Shown here piece by piece: positions 7,377 through 15,852 of a stretch of DNA of 62,212 bases (positions within the stretch are counted from its first letter, which is position 1; every line of letters begins with the position of its first letter). Position numbers and translations under genes: made by a program. The notes under the pieces were generated by a model. That model had not been told where the DNA came from. It did not search any database and saw only the letters and a program-made list of their open reading frames with translations. This stretch comes from Deltaproteobacteria bacterium (GTDB lineage: Bacteria > Desulfobacterota > Desulfarculia > Adiutricales > Adiutricaceae), in the NCBI GenBank assembly GCA_031269485.1, contig JAISZC010000135.1:1-62212 (forward strand). The letters are read 5' to 3'.

Positions 7377-9050
7377 TCAGTCAGTCAGTTCGTCCGCCCG
7401 TGCAGGCCTTGCGTCCCAGCCGTCCTTGACGGCTTCCGGCGCGGCGACGGCTTGGACGGCCGCGGCCGCCGCGTCCAGGATCGCTTCCGGCGCGGCCTCC
7501 ACGATCAGCGGCCGACCTGGTTCGGCCAGGGCCGCGAACTTGAGTCGACCGCCGCGGATTTTCTTGTCGAAGCTCAGCAGCCGTTGGGCTTCCGCCGGAG
7601 GCGGGGCGGGCGGAAAGCGGCCGCCGGCCAGGGCCAGGCATAGGCGTTGGCCCCGCAGGGCCGTCGCCGCGTCGAAGCCCAGACGTTGCTTTGAAAATTC
7701 CAAGGCCGCGGCCAGGCCTAAGGCCACGGCGCGGCCGTGGCTGACGGCGGGGCCGTGATGGCTCTCCACGACGTGTCCGTAGGTGTGGCCCAAGTTGAGC
7801 ACGTCGCGCAGCCCCTTCTCCTCGCGGAAGTCCTGCTCGACCAGGGCGGCCTTGGCCTGGACCGAGCGGCGAATCGTCTCGTTGAGAAGCGGCGCGTCGC
7901 CTCGCAGCAGGTCCGGCAGCCGCCGTTCGATCAGCGCGGCCAGCGCGGGCTCGAAGAGCAGCCCGGTCTTGTAGGCCTCCGTCAAGCCCTCGGCCAGCAG
8001 GCGCGGCGGGAGCCGGCTCAGCAGCGTCGGATCGATCCAAACTTCGCGAGGGAGATGAAACAGGCCGACCTGATTTTTGGCCCCGGCCAGGTTGACGGCC
8101 GCCTTGCCGCCCACCGCCGCGTCCACGGCCCCCAGCAGAGTGGTGGGCGACAAAATCAGATTCAGGCCCCGTCGAAAAAGGCCGGCGCAGAAGGCGCCCA
8201 GATCGGTCAAGCTGCCGCCGCCTCTGGCGGCCAGAAAGTCGCCGCGGTCCAGGCGGGCCTCGACCATGATCGTCAGCAGGCGTTGGGCTTCGGCGAAGGT
8301 CTTGGCCGCCTCGCCCTGGGCCTCGGGGCGGTGGAGCGGCGCCCCCGGGAAGGCGGCCGGAAAGGGGTCGTCGGCCGCCTGAAAAAAACGGTCCAGAAGC
8401 GTCAGGACTCGGCGGCCGCCGACGAGGTCGGCGGCCAGGGCGGGGAGCTTTTCGGCCGGAGCGTGCGTGCGGATGACGGTTTGGCGCCCTTCGGCCGTCA
8501 AGGTCAGCGGTTCGGCCGCCAGCAGAAGATCTTCGATGAGGCGGGCCGTCGCCTCGGGCGGGTCGTCGGCCGCGACGGTCCGCCCGCAGTCGCGATATTG
8601 GGGCCGACGGCGGAGCCACAGCGCGTCGAAGGCCGCCCGAGTCGCGGCCAAGGGCCTTTGGGCCTGGCCCTGCGGGGTCAGTCTGGCCCACAGCGTTTCG
8701 GGCGGCAGATCCAGAAAAAAGGTCGAGGCCGTTTGGAGCAGACGGCGGTTTTCCGGGTCTTGGCACAGTCCGCCGCCGGTGGCGACCACCAGCGGACGGT
8801 CTTGGGCGGCGAGCTCGGCCAAAAAAGCCTTTTCGGCCGCCCGGAAGAAGGCCTCGCCCTCGGCGGAGAAGATCTCGGCCGGGGCGCGGCCCAAGCGCCG
8901 CTGGAGCTCCTCGTCGCAGTCCACGAAGGGTCGGCGAAGAAGTTCGGCCAGCCGACGCCCCACGGTGGTCTTGCCGGCGGCCATGAAGCCCACGAGAAAG
9001 ACGGGCCGCTCGGCCGGCGACAGCTCGGCCCAGCCGGCGCCGTCGGTCAT
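7377..9050 (-). CDS. aroKB: Bifunctional shikimate kinase / 3-dehydroquinate synthase (AroK-AroB fusion)
   Basis: N-terminal FLVGFMAAGKTTVGRRLA is the shikimate kinase P-loop. C-terminal GGGSLTDLGAF, TTLLGAVDAAVGGKAAVN and LNLGHTYGHVVE are DHQ synthase motifs. The start at 9050 overlaps the aroE stop (ATGA). Confidence 0.9.
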   Translation of the reverse strand: MTDGAGWAELSPAERPVFLVGFMAAGKTTVGRRLAELLRRPFVDCDEELQRRLGRAPAEIFSAEGEAFFRAAEKAFLAELAAQDRPLVVATGGGLCQDPENRRLLQTASTFFLDLPPETLWARLTPQGQAQRPLAATRAAFDALWLRRRPQYRDCGRTVAADDPPEATARLIEDLLLAAEPLTLTAEGRQTVIRTHAPAEKLPALAADLVGGRRVLTLLDRFFQAADDPFPAAFPGAPLHRPEAQGEAAKTFAEAQRLLTIMVEARLDRGDFLAARGGGSLTDLGAFCAGLFRRGLNLILSPTTLLGAVDAAVGGKAAVNLAGAKNQVGLFHLPREVWIDPTLLSRLPPRLLAEGLTEAYKTGLLFEPALAALIERRLPDLLRGDAPLLNETIRRSVQAKAALVEQDFREEKGLRDVLNLGHTYGHVVESHHGPAVSHGRAVALGLAAALEFSKQRLGFDAATALRGQRLCLALAGGRFPPAPPPAEAQRLLSFDKKIRGGRLKFAALAEPGRPLIVEAAPEAILDAAAAAVQAVAAPEAVKDGWDARPARADELTD

Positions 9051-9874
9051 CGGCCTTCGGCCGCCCAGGCTCGGATGGCCGTCAGGAAAGGCTCCAGGGG
9101 CGGGGAGGCGCCGGTCCATTTGGCGAAGGAGCTGCGGGCCTGGCAGGCCAGCATGTCCAGGCCGTCGCGGAACTCCGCCCCGCAGGCCTCGGCCCAGCGG
9201 CGCCAATGGTTTTCGGGCCGGCCGTAGTTCATGTCCAGCAAGCGGCCCGTTTGGGCCAGCGGCGGGCGCGGGGCTTGGGCGCCAATTTCTTCCGGGCTGG
9301 AGGCCGAGGTGGCGTTGACGATCAGATCCCAAGGTTCGGAGGCGTCAAGCTGGTCCCAGGGCAGGAAGTCCGCCGAAAAGAAGGCGGCCATGCGTCGGCC
9401 CGGCTCGGACCGGCGGGACGAGACGACGACCGTGGCGGCGGGCATGGCCAGGCAGGCGGCGCGGGCCGCTCCTCCGGCCCCCAGGACCAGATTGCGGCGG
9501 CCGGGGGGCGTGGTGAGCAAATAGGCGGCCGCGAAGCCTTCGGCGTCGGTGTTGCGGCCCAGCCAGCCGTCGCCGTCGGGGATGAGGGTGTTGGCCGCGC
9601 CGGCGGCCAGCGCCTCCGGGGCCAGCGAGGTCAGGTGGGGCAGCACGGCTTCCTTGAGGGGCGCGGTGACGTTGAGGCCGTCGAAGCCCAGCGCGGTCAG
9701 GCCCTTGAGGGCCGCCGCCAGATCCTCGGCGCGGACAGCCAGCGCCGCGTAGAGGCCCGGCCAGCCCAGCCGGGCCAAGCAGGCCTCGTGCATGGCCGGG
9801 GACGGCGAGCGATAGACGCGCTCGCCGCCGAGCAGCCCCAGGCGCCAGGGCCTGGCGGGGTTCAGTCTTGCCAT
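9047..9874 (-). CDS. aroE: Shikimate 5-dehydrogenase
   Basis: 275 aa. SPSPAMHEA...GFDGLNVTAPLKEAV and LVLGAGGAARA (Rossmann fold) are typical of AroE. Confidence 0.9.
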   Translation of the reverse strand: MARLNPARPWRLGLLGGERVYRSPSPAMHEACLARLGWPGLYAALAVRAEDLAAALKGLTALGFDGLNVTAPLKEAVLPHLTSLAPEALAAGAANTLIPDGDGWLGRNTDAEGFAAAYLLTTPPGRRNLVLGAGGAARAACLAMPAATVVVSSRRSEPGRRMAAFFSADFLPWDQLDASEPWDLIVNATSASSPEEIGAQAPRPPLAQTGRLLDMNYGRPENHWRRWAEACGAEFRDGLDMLACQARSSFAKWTGASPPLEPFLTAIRAWAAEGR

Positions 9875-11121
9875 AGCTCGCTCAAATGCTGGTCGAAGTT
9901 AGGGTAGGAGACAGGGATCGACTCGCGGCCCAAGACGGGAATGCTGGCCTTGGCCGCCTTCAGGGCCATGGTCAGGGTCATGGCCAGCCGGTGGTCATGG
10001 CCCGAGTCGAGGCTGTCGGGCAGGATGAACGACGTGGGGCCTTCGACGATCAGATCGTCGCCTTCGACCGCGGCTCGGGCCCCCAAGGCCCCCAATTGGT
10101 GCCGGATGCTCATCAGACGGTCGGTTTCCTTGATTCTGAGCTCGTCGACCTGGCGGAAGATCGTCACGCCTTGGGCTTGCGTGGCCGCCAAGGCCAAGAT
10201 GGGAATTTCGTCGATGAGCGAGGGGACTTCGGAGGCCGAGACCTCCACGGCCGACAGCGGGCCGTCGTAGGCCACGGCGACCTCGCCGACGGGCTCGGGC
10301 GTGTCGGAGGTCAGCGTCATCGAGACCTTGGCCCCCATACGGTCCAGCACCCGCAAAAAACCCGTGCGGCCGTGGGACAAAAGGACGTTGACGGCCGTCA
10401 CGCGGCTGCCGGGGATCATGGCCGCGGCCGCCAGGAAAAAAGCCGCCGAGGAGGGATCCCCCGGGGCGGCGAAGAAGGGCGGGAGAGTCAGCGGGCCTGG
10501 CGTTAGAGTCAGCCGCAGGCCGTCGACGGCCACCTGGCCGCCCCAGTGGTTGATCAGGCGCTCGGTGTGGTCTCTGGTTTTGGCCGGCTCGACGACGACC
10601 GTCCGGCCGGCGGCCGAAAGGCCGGCCAACAGCAGAGCGCCTTTCAGCTGGGCGCTGGCGTCGGTCAGCTGGTGCACGATCCCGGTCAGGGCTTGGCCGA
10701 CGACCGACACCGGCGGCTTGCCGTTTTGGGTCTCCACCGAGGCCCCCATCAGCCTCAAGGGCTCGGCCACCCTTTCCATGGGCCGTCGACGCAGCTGGCT
10801 GTCGCCGTCGAGCACGAAACGGCCCGGCCGGCTGGCGAGCAGGCCCATCAAAAGGCGGAAGGTGGTGCCGCTGTTGCGGCAGTCCAAGACCAGATTGTCG
10901 GGCCCCCGCCAGCGCCCGCCCAGACCGACGACGCTCAGGCCGTCGGCTTCCGGCGAGGCCGAGCCGCCCAAGGCCCGGAAGATGTCCAGGCTGGCGTTGA
11001 CGTCCTCGCAGACGGACAAGCCGGCGACGTGCATGCGGCCCTCGGCGAGCAGCGACATGAGCACCAGACGGTGGCTGATGGACTTGTCGCCCGGGGGAGC
11101 GAACTGACCTAAAAAAGGCAT
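9862..11121 (-). CDS. aroA: 3-phosphoshikimate 1-carboxyvinyltransferase (EPSP synthase)
   Basis: Trimmed to ATG 11121, with GGAG 5 nt upstream. PPGDKSISHRLVLMSLLAEG, NSGTTFRLLMGL and DHRLAMTLT are typical. The 3' end overlaps the aroE start by 13 nt. Confidence 0.93.
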   Translation of the reverse strand: MPFLGQFAPPGDKSISHRLVLMSLLAEGRMHVAGLSVCEDVNASLDIFRALGGSASPEADGLSVVGLGGRWRGPDNLVLDCRNSGTTFRLLMGLLASRPGRFVLDGDSQLRRRPMERVAEPLRLMGASVETQNGKPPVSVVGQALTGIVHQLTDASAQLKGALLLAGLSAAGRTVVVEPAKTRDHTERLINHWGGQVAVDGLRLTLTPGPLTLPPFFAAPGDPSSAAFFLAAAAMIPGSRVTAVNVLLSHGRTGFLRVLDRMGAKVSMTLTSDTPEPVGEVAVAYDGPLSAVEVSASEVPSLIDEIPILALAATQAQGVTIFRQVDELRIKETDRLMSIRHQLGALGARAAVEGDDLIVEGPTSFILPDSLDSGHDHRLAMTLTMALKAAKASIPVLGRESIPVSYPNFDQHLSELWQD

Positions 11122-11540
11122 GACGGCTCCTGAGGCGCGGCGGCTGACAAGCCGTAATCGGCCCGCCGCCGACCTGACGGACCATTTTATCACAACAGCC
11201 GCGGAGGACGGGGGCTTTTTTCCTTATTATTCGGCCGTCCGGCGGCCGGGCCGGCCGAACGTCGGTTGTTGCATCTTGGCTTAGCTTCCTGGAAGGTGAT
11301 ATATTGGTTCAAGCCGGATGAAAAAAAGGCCTGACGCAGTCCGGCGCCTTCGCTCGCGTCGTCGTCCGGCGAGGCCTCAGGCCCGCCGCGGCCCGACCAT
11401 TGTCACGGACGGTTTTATTAAAAAACCCAAGACGGCCGCCGGGCCGTCCGCCGACGCCATTCGTCCGTTCAGTCGAGAACGGCCGCCTGGCCGGACGCCT
11501 TTCATGCCCGGCCGCCAACGCGTCATTCAAGGTGATCAAA

Positions 11541-11921
11541 ATGCCTCTCGGTAGCGGTCAAACAATTTTGATAGTCGACGATTCCCCTGTCATGCGACAG
11601 ATGCTGGTGAAGATATTTCAAAACGAGGGCTTCACGGTGGTGGGCCAAGCCTGCGACGGCGAGGAGGCTTTGGAGCTTTTTGAAAAGCACAAGCCCGAGC
11701 TGACCACCTTGGACATCGTCATGCCCAAAATGCGCGGCACGCAGGTGCTGGAAACGCTGATGAGCAAATATCCGGACAGCAAAGTCATCATGGCCTCTTC
11801 CGTTTCGGACGCCCGCACGGTCATGCACTGCCTCAAGATGGGGGCCAAGCAGTACATCATCAAGCCTTACGACGAGGAAAAGGTCATGTCGGCGGTCAAA
11901 AAGACCCTCGAGCTGACGTGA
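11541..11921 (+). CDS. cheY: CheY-like single-domain response regulator
   Basis: 126 aa from ATG 11541. ILIVDDSPVMRQ...LDIVMPKMRG...KP carries the receiver-domain D-D-D-T/S-K pattern. Confidence 0.88.
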   Translation: MPLGSGQTILIVDDSPVMRQMLVKIFQNEGFTVVGQACDGEEALELFEKHKPELTTLDIVMPKMRGTQVLETLMSKYPDSKVIMASSVSDARTVMHCLKMGAKQYIIKPYDEEKVMSAVKKTLELT

Positions 11922-12109
11922 GGCGCCGCTGGCCTTTGGGGGCCTGACGGGCGGCCGAATTGGCGGACGGACGGCGGCGACCGAAAACGGCGGCCGGCTC
12001 GTCCGACGAAATTACAGGCGGCCGACAGCGCCCAGGCCGCCGGACGACGTTGGACTGGCCGGCGAGGCGACCCTCGCGGACCCGAGCTTGCCTGTTTGGA
12101 GAGAATATA

Positions 12110-14284
12110 ATGAGCTCTTCCACTGATGAAAATCTGGCTGAACTTTTTGAACAATACAAAGACGAAGTCCGGGAAACCATTGGGACATTAGACAATGAAT
12201 TAGTGTCTATAGAGCAGGATCCTACCTCTAGCGAGACGATATTTTCATTATTTAGACATATGCATTCCCTTAAAGGTTCTTCTAAGATGTTTAATGTTGA
12301 CAATATTGCCAACATCGCCCACCGTTTAGAAGATCTTATGTCTATGATTGATAAAAATAACTCAATTCTGCCTAGATATCCTAAAATTATCGATTTATTA
12401 TTCAAAGGTAATGATATATTTAGAGAAATTATCGCTAGGTTGGAAGACGATATTGCCTTCACTACTATGACTGCCGATCATGTAGCCTTTATCGGCGAAA
12501 TACAAAATCAGATTGACAAAATAAATCGACGCGATTCCCATCTGGTGGAGGCGGCGAAAAAGCTCGTAGACGATTTGGAGGCCATTTTGCCCTCCCTCGA
12601 GGAGCAGGAAGCGGAAGCCCTCAAAAAGGACATCAGCGAGGTTGTCACGGGCTTGGCCTTGACCACGCTTGAAGAGGAGGGCGCCGGTCAGATCCGCTTC
12701 AGCTACAACGGGGCCGATCTGACCGAAGACGTGCGGGGCATGGAGGAACGGCTGGCCAAATTCCGGGAAGGCCGAGCCACGGCCGATGACGCCCGCGGCT
12801 TCGTCGAGGCGGCCAACCGCCTGTTCAACAGCCTCGCCGAAGTGGCCGGCGAAGACGCCCAAAACTTGATAGCCGAACTGGGCGACGGCTTGACGCTCTT
12901 CTCCGAGCGGCAGCTGGAGATGGATCAGATGATGGTCGAGTTCTTCGACGCCATGCTCAAAGAGCTCAAGGAAAAGTTCCAGGTGGAGGTGGAGGGGCCG
13001 GCTGTCAAGAGCAAGGCCGGCGGGGCCAAGTCCGGCTCGGCCGCCGCCAAGGAGCCCCAGTCCAAGACCATTCGGGTTGATGAAGCCAAAATTGATCTTT
13101 TTTTGGAGTCTGTCGGCAAACTCATCACCAAGAGCGAAAATCTCAATCATTTGCAGTTTTCTTTCCGCCAAGCCCAAATAGATATTAATTTATTACGTGA
13201 TTTTGCCACTATTTCTCGTACAATATCTAATGATATCGTCAATCTGCAGCGCTCCATTATGGAAGTACGGCAGGTCGAAATGAATAATATTTTAAAGAAA
13301 TTTCCTCGGTTAGTCCGCGACATTACTCATAAGATAGGCAAAGAAGCCGAGATGAACATTTTCGGCGAGCGAGTGCCCATCGACAAAAGCCTGCTGGACG
13401 ACGTCGAGCAGGCTTTGGTCCACATCGTCCGCAACGCCGTCGACCACGGCCTGGAAAGCCCCGAGGACCGCCTCCTGGCCGGCAAGCCGCGCCGCGGCGT
13501 CATCAACATCAGAGTCACCCCCGAGGAGGCCGCCGTTTTCATCGAGGTCGCCGACGACGGCCGCGGCCTGGATTTGGAGAAAATCAAGGCCAAGGCCGTG
13601 GAAAGAGGCGTGCTGGCGACGGAGCAGGCGCCGGGCTTGCCCGACAAGGAGGCCGAGATGCTCATCTTTTCCTCCGGGCTGTCGACCAAGGATCAAGCCA
13701 CCGACCTGTCCGGGCGCGGAGTGGGCATGGACGTGGTCATGACCAACCTCAAGAAATGGAACGGCGAGGTCGTCGTCGACAATCGGCCGGGCCGCGGCCT
13801 GACGGTGGGCCTGAGGCTGCCGGTGACCAACACCTTGCTGACCAAGGAGGCCATCATGCTCCGGTTGGGCTCCTCGACTTTCTGTCTGCCCTTGGAATGC
13901 GTCAACGAGATCGTCACCGTGTCGGCCGAAGCCGTCCATTATCACCAAGGCGGCGCGGTTTTTCGGCATCGCGACATGGTCATCTCGGTCATCGACTTGA
14001 GAAGCCTTTTGGGTCTGAGCTCGGAGGCGCCCTTGGCCCCGGAGGCCGGCCGGCGGGGCGAGTCGGTCAAGTCTGCGGACAGCCAGATCTTCATCATCCT
14101 CAGAGGAAAAAATGATTCTCGGCAGTCCATCAGGGCCGATGAAATATTAGGTCAGCAGAAAATAGTCATCAAAGAGTTTGAATTGGATACTTTTAGGCGT
14201 TTACCATATTTTAGTGGTCTGACGTTGTTGGGCGATGGGAGAGTAGTGCTTATTCTCGACTCTGACAAGCTATTAGAAGCTTAA
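12110..14284 (+). CDS. cheA: Chemotaxis histidine kinase CheA
   Basis: 724 aa from ATG 12110 (GGAGAG SD). HPt motif FRHMHSLKGSS. HATPase motifs HIVRNAVDHGLE, DDGRGLD and GRGVGMDVV. C-terminal CheW-like domain. The DNA composition is mosaic (see findings). Confidence 0.92.
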   Translation: MSSSTDENLAELFEQYKDEVRETIGTLDNELVSIEQDPTSSETIFSLFRHMHSLKGSSKMFNVDNIANIAHRLEDLMSMIDKNNSILPRYPKIIDLLFKGNDIFREIIARLEDDIAFTTMTADHVAFIGEIQNQIDKINRRDSHLVEAAKKLVDDLEAILPSLEEQEAEALKKDISEVVTGLALTTLEEEGAGQIRFSYNGADLTEDVRGMEERLAKFREGRATADDARGFVEAANRLFNSLAEVAGEDAQNLIAELGDGLTLFSERQLEMDQMMVEFFDAMLKELKEKFQVEVEGPAVKSKAGGAKSGSAAAKEPQSKTIRVDEAKIDLFLESVGKLITKSENLNHLQFSFRQAQIDINLLRDFATISRTISNDIVNLQRSIMEVRQVEMNNILKKFPRLVRDITHKIGKEAEMNIFGERVPIDKSLLDDVEQALVHIVRNAVDHGLESPEDRLLAGKPRRGVINIRVTPEEAAVFIEVADDGRGLDLEKIKAKAVERGVLATEQAPGLPDKEAEMLIFSSGLSTKDQATDLSGRGVGMDVVMTNLKKWNGEVVVDNRPGRGLTVGLRLPVTNTLLTKEAIMLRLGSSTFCLPLECVNEIVTVSAEAVHYHQGGAVFRHRDMVISVIDLRSLLGLSSEAPLAPEAGRRGESVKSADSQIFIILRGKNDSRQSIRADEILGQQKIVIKEFELDTFRRLPYFSGLTLLGDGRVVLILDSDKLLEA

Positions 14285-14531
14285 AAAGGGAAAATATTTT
14301 TAATAAGTATTAAAAGTCGAAGAGCCAAGAAACGCTCGGCCGGCGTTCTCCGCCGTCCAGGCGAACCGCCGCCCGTCCGGACGTTCTCGCGGGCCAAGGT
14401 TTTTTTTCGGCGTCACTCTCCACGGCCCCGGGGCCTTGAGGACCGCAAACAACGCTCCTTGTCCAGCTTTTGAGCTTTTGTCCGCTTGCTCTTCTCCGAA
14501 CCAGCCGCGGTCGCCTCCAAGACGCCCATTC

Positions 14532-14592
14532 AGAGTCAATCCGGAGTCAATCTGGAACCAATTCGGAATCAATTCGGAATCAATTCGGGATC
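14532..14592. repeat. 11-bp tandem repeat, about 5.5 units (GA(A/G)(T/C)CAAT(T/C)(C/T)G)
   Basis: gagtcaatccg gagtcaatctg gaaccaattcg gaatcaattcg gaatcaattcg ggatca, read directly from the sequence. It is intergenic, downstream of cheA. Confidence 0.9.
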
Positions 14593-14915
14593 AGGCCAAA
14601 TCTCCAAAACCCGGCGGCGCCCCCTGGCCCAAGCCGCGGCGACCGCCGCGAAAAGTCGCTTTTGAGGGCTCAAAGGCCGGCTTTTTCAGGCGCTGGCGTC
14701 CGGCCTTACGCCTGCCCTCCGGCGGCCTAAGGGGCTCCTTTGGCGCCTTTGGTCGTCGCCGCCGCCTCCATCCTGACCGCCGGCCTCCCCACTCTCCGTC
14801 CCCTAGTCAACATCGAGATTGAATTTTCGACATTTCGCCTCAATGCGTCCAAGAGTCTGGATTTTGGGTCCGCCGCCAGACTGCGGTTTTCAATTGAGCG
14901 AAGTGAAAATAATAT

Positions 14916-14944
14916 TTGACTAGTGTTGCAATTTATCATACAAT
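14916..14944 (+). promoter_or_regulatory. Near-consensus sigma70 promoter (TTGACT-N17-TACAAT)
   Basis: -35 at 14916-14921 and -10 at 14939-14944. It lies about 115 nt upstream of the CDS at 15062. Confidence 0.55.
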
Positions 14945-15061
14945 CCGAAAACGGCCCGGCCTTGCCCCGCCAGGGGTTAAAATCAAGCTGTTGTCGTCGA
15001 AGCCGGCGCCGAACGTTTAAGAATCTTTGAGCCGCTTTCGAGCAAGCTTCCCGGGGGAGTT

Positions 15062-15568
15062 ATGAAAACCTTGATGTTGGCCTTCGTGACGGTCCTGGCC
15101 CTGTCCGCCGCCCAGCTTCAGGCCCAGAACGTGTCGGGCGATTTCCAATTCGAGGAGCTTGACTTCGATCGTCAGCCAGCCCCGGCCGCCAGGGCTTTGG
15201 ACGGCGAAAAGGCCGCGCCGGGCGGCCAGGACGATTTGCAGCAGCTCTTCGGCGATCCGGAGGAGCCGGCGCCCCCGAACGTCGCCCGGGAATCCGTCCT
15301 CAACCTCCCCGGCGAGCCCAGCCCGGTCAGTCCGCCCAGCGGCCAAGGCGAGGCCAAGATCGAGCGGGTGGCCAAGAGCGAGCCGGCGGTCGTCCAGGCC
15401 CGTCGGCCGGCCGCCGTCCGGCAAGTCCGTTGGGACCGCTGGCGATACGTCGTCGAGGCCTGGCGCGGCCGTCCGGACGCCCAAGCGAGCTCGTGCGTCT
15501 CTTACGTGGCCGAGCGGCCCTTGTATCACGTCAAGTGCCTCGGCGCGGTGGGCCTGGCCCGCCGCTGA
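15062..15568 (+). CDS. Secreted hypothetical protein
   Basis: 168 aa. GGGGAG SD. The signal-peptide-like N-terminus MKTLMLAFVTVLALSAAQLQA is followed by an acidic, Pro-rich region. No recognisable family. Confidence 0.55.
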   Translation: MKTLMLAFVTVLALSAAQLQAQNVSGDFQFEELDFDRQPAPAARALDGEKAAPGGQDDLQQLFGDPEEPAPPNVARESVLNLPGEPSPVSPPSGQGEAKIERVAKSEPAVVQARRPAAVRQVRWDRWRYVVEAWRGRPDAQASSCVSYVAERPLYHVKCLGAVGLARR

Positions 15569-15852
15569 ACGCCCAAACCCTCGGCGGCGCGTCCCGCTGG
15601 CCGCGTCCGTCGCAGAGGGCCGCCTCTTGGGACTCCGCGGGCGCCTCTTTTGGCCTCGTTTTTTTTTTGATTTCGCAGCCCTGTTCGCGGCGCTTCTTGC
15701 GACATCGGAACCTCCAGGTCCGTCGCCGGACGTCCAGGCCCGCCTCCGGCGGCCGAGTCGTCCGGCGCGCAAGGGCCCTTTGACGTCGGCCGCCAGCCCC
15801 GCCGGGCGGCGGCCTCAGCCGGGCGGCCGCCCCGCCGGCCGCCGGAGAAGAC

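Noticed and set aside
11194-11540. Sigma54 or sigma28 promoter upstream of cheY (TGGCTTAGCTTCCTGG)
   Set aside because: It lacks the TTGC -12 element at the correct spacing, and no TAAA-N15-GCCGATAA match was found. The match is too weak to report.
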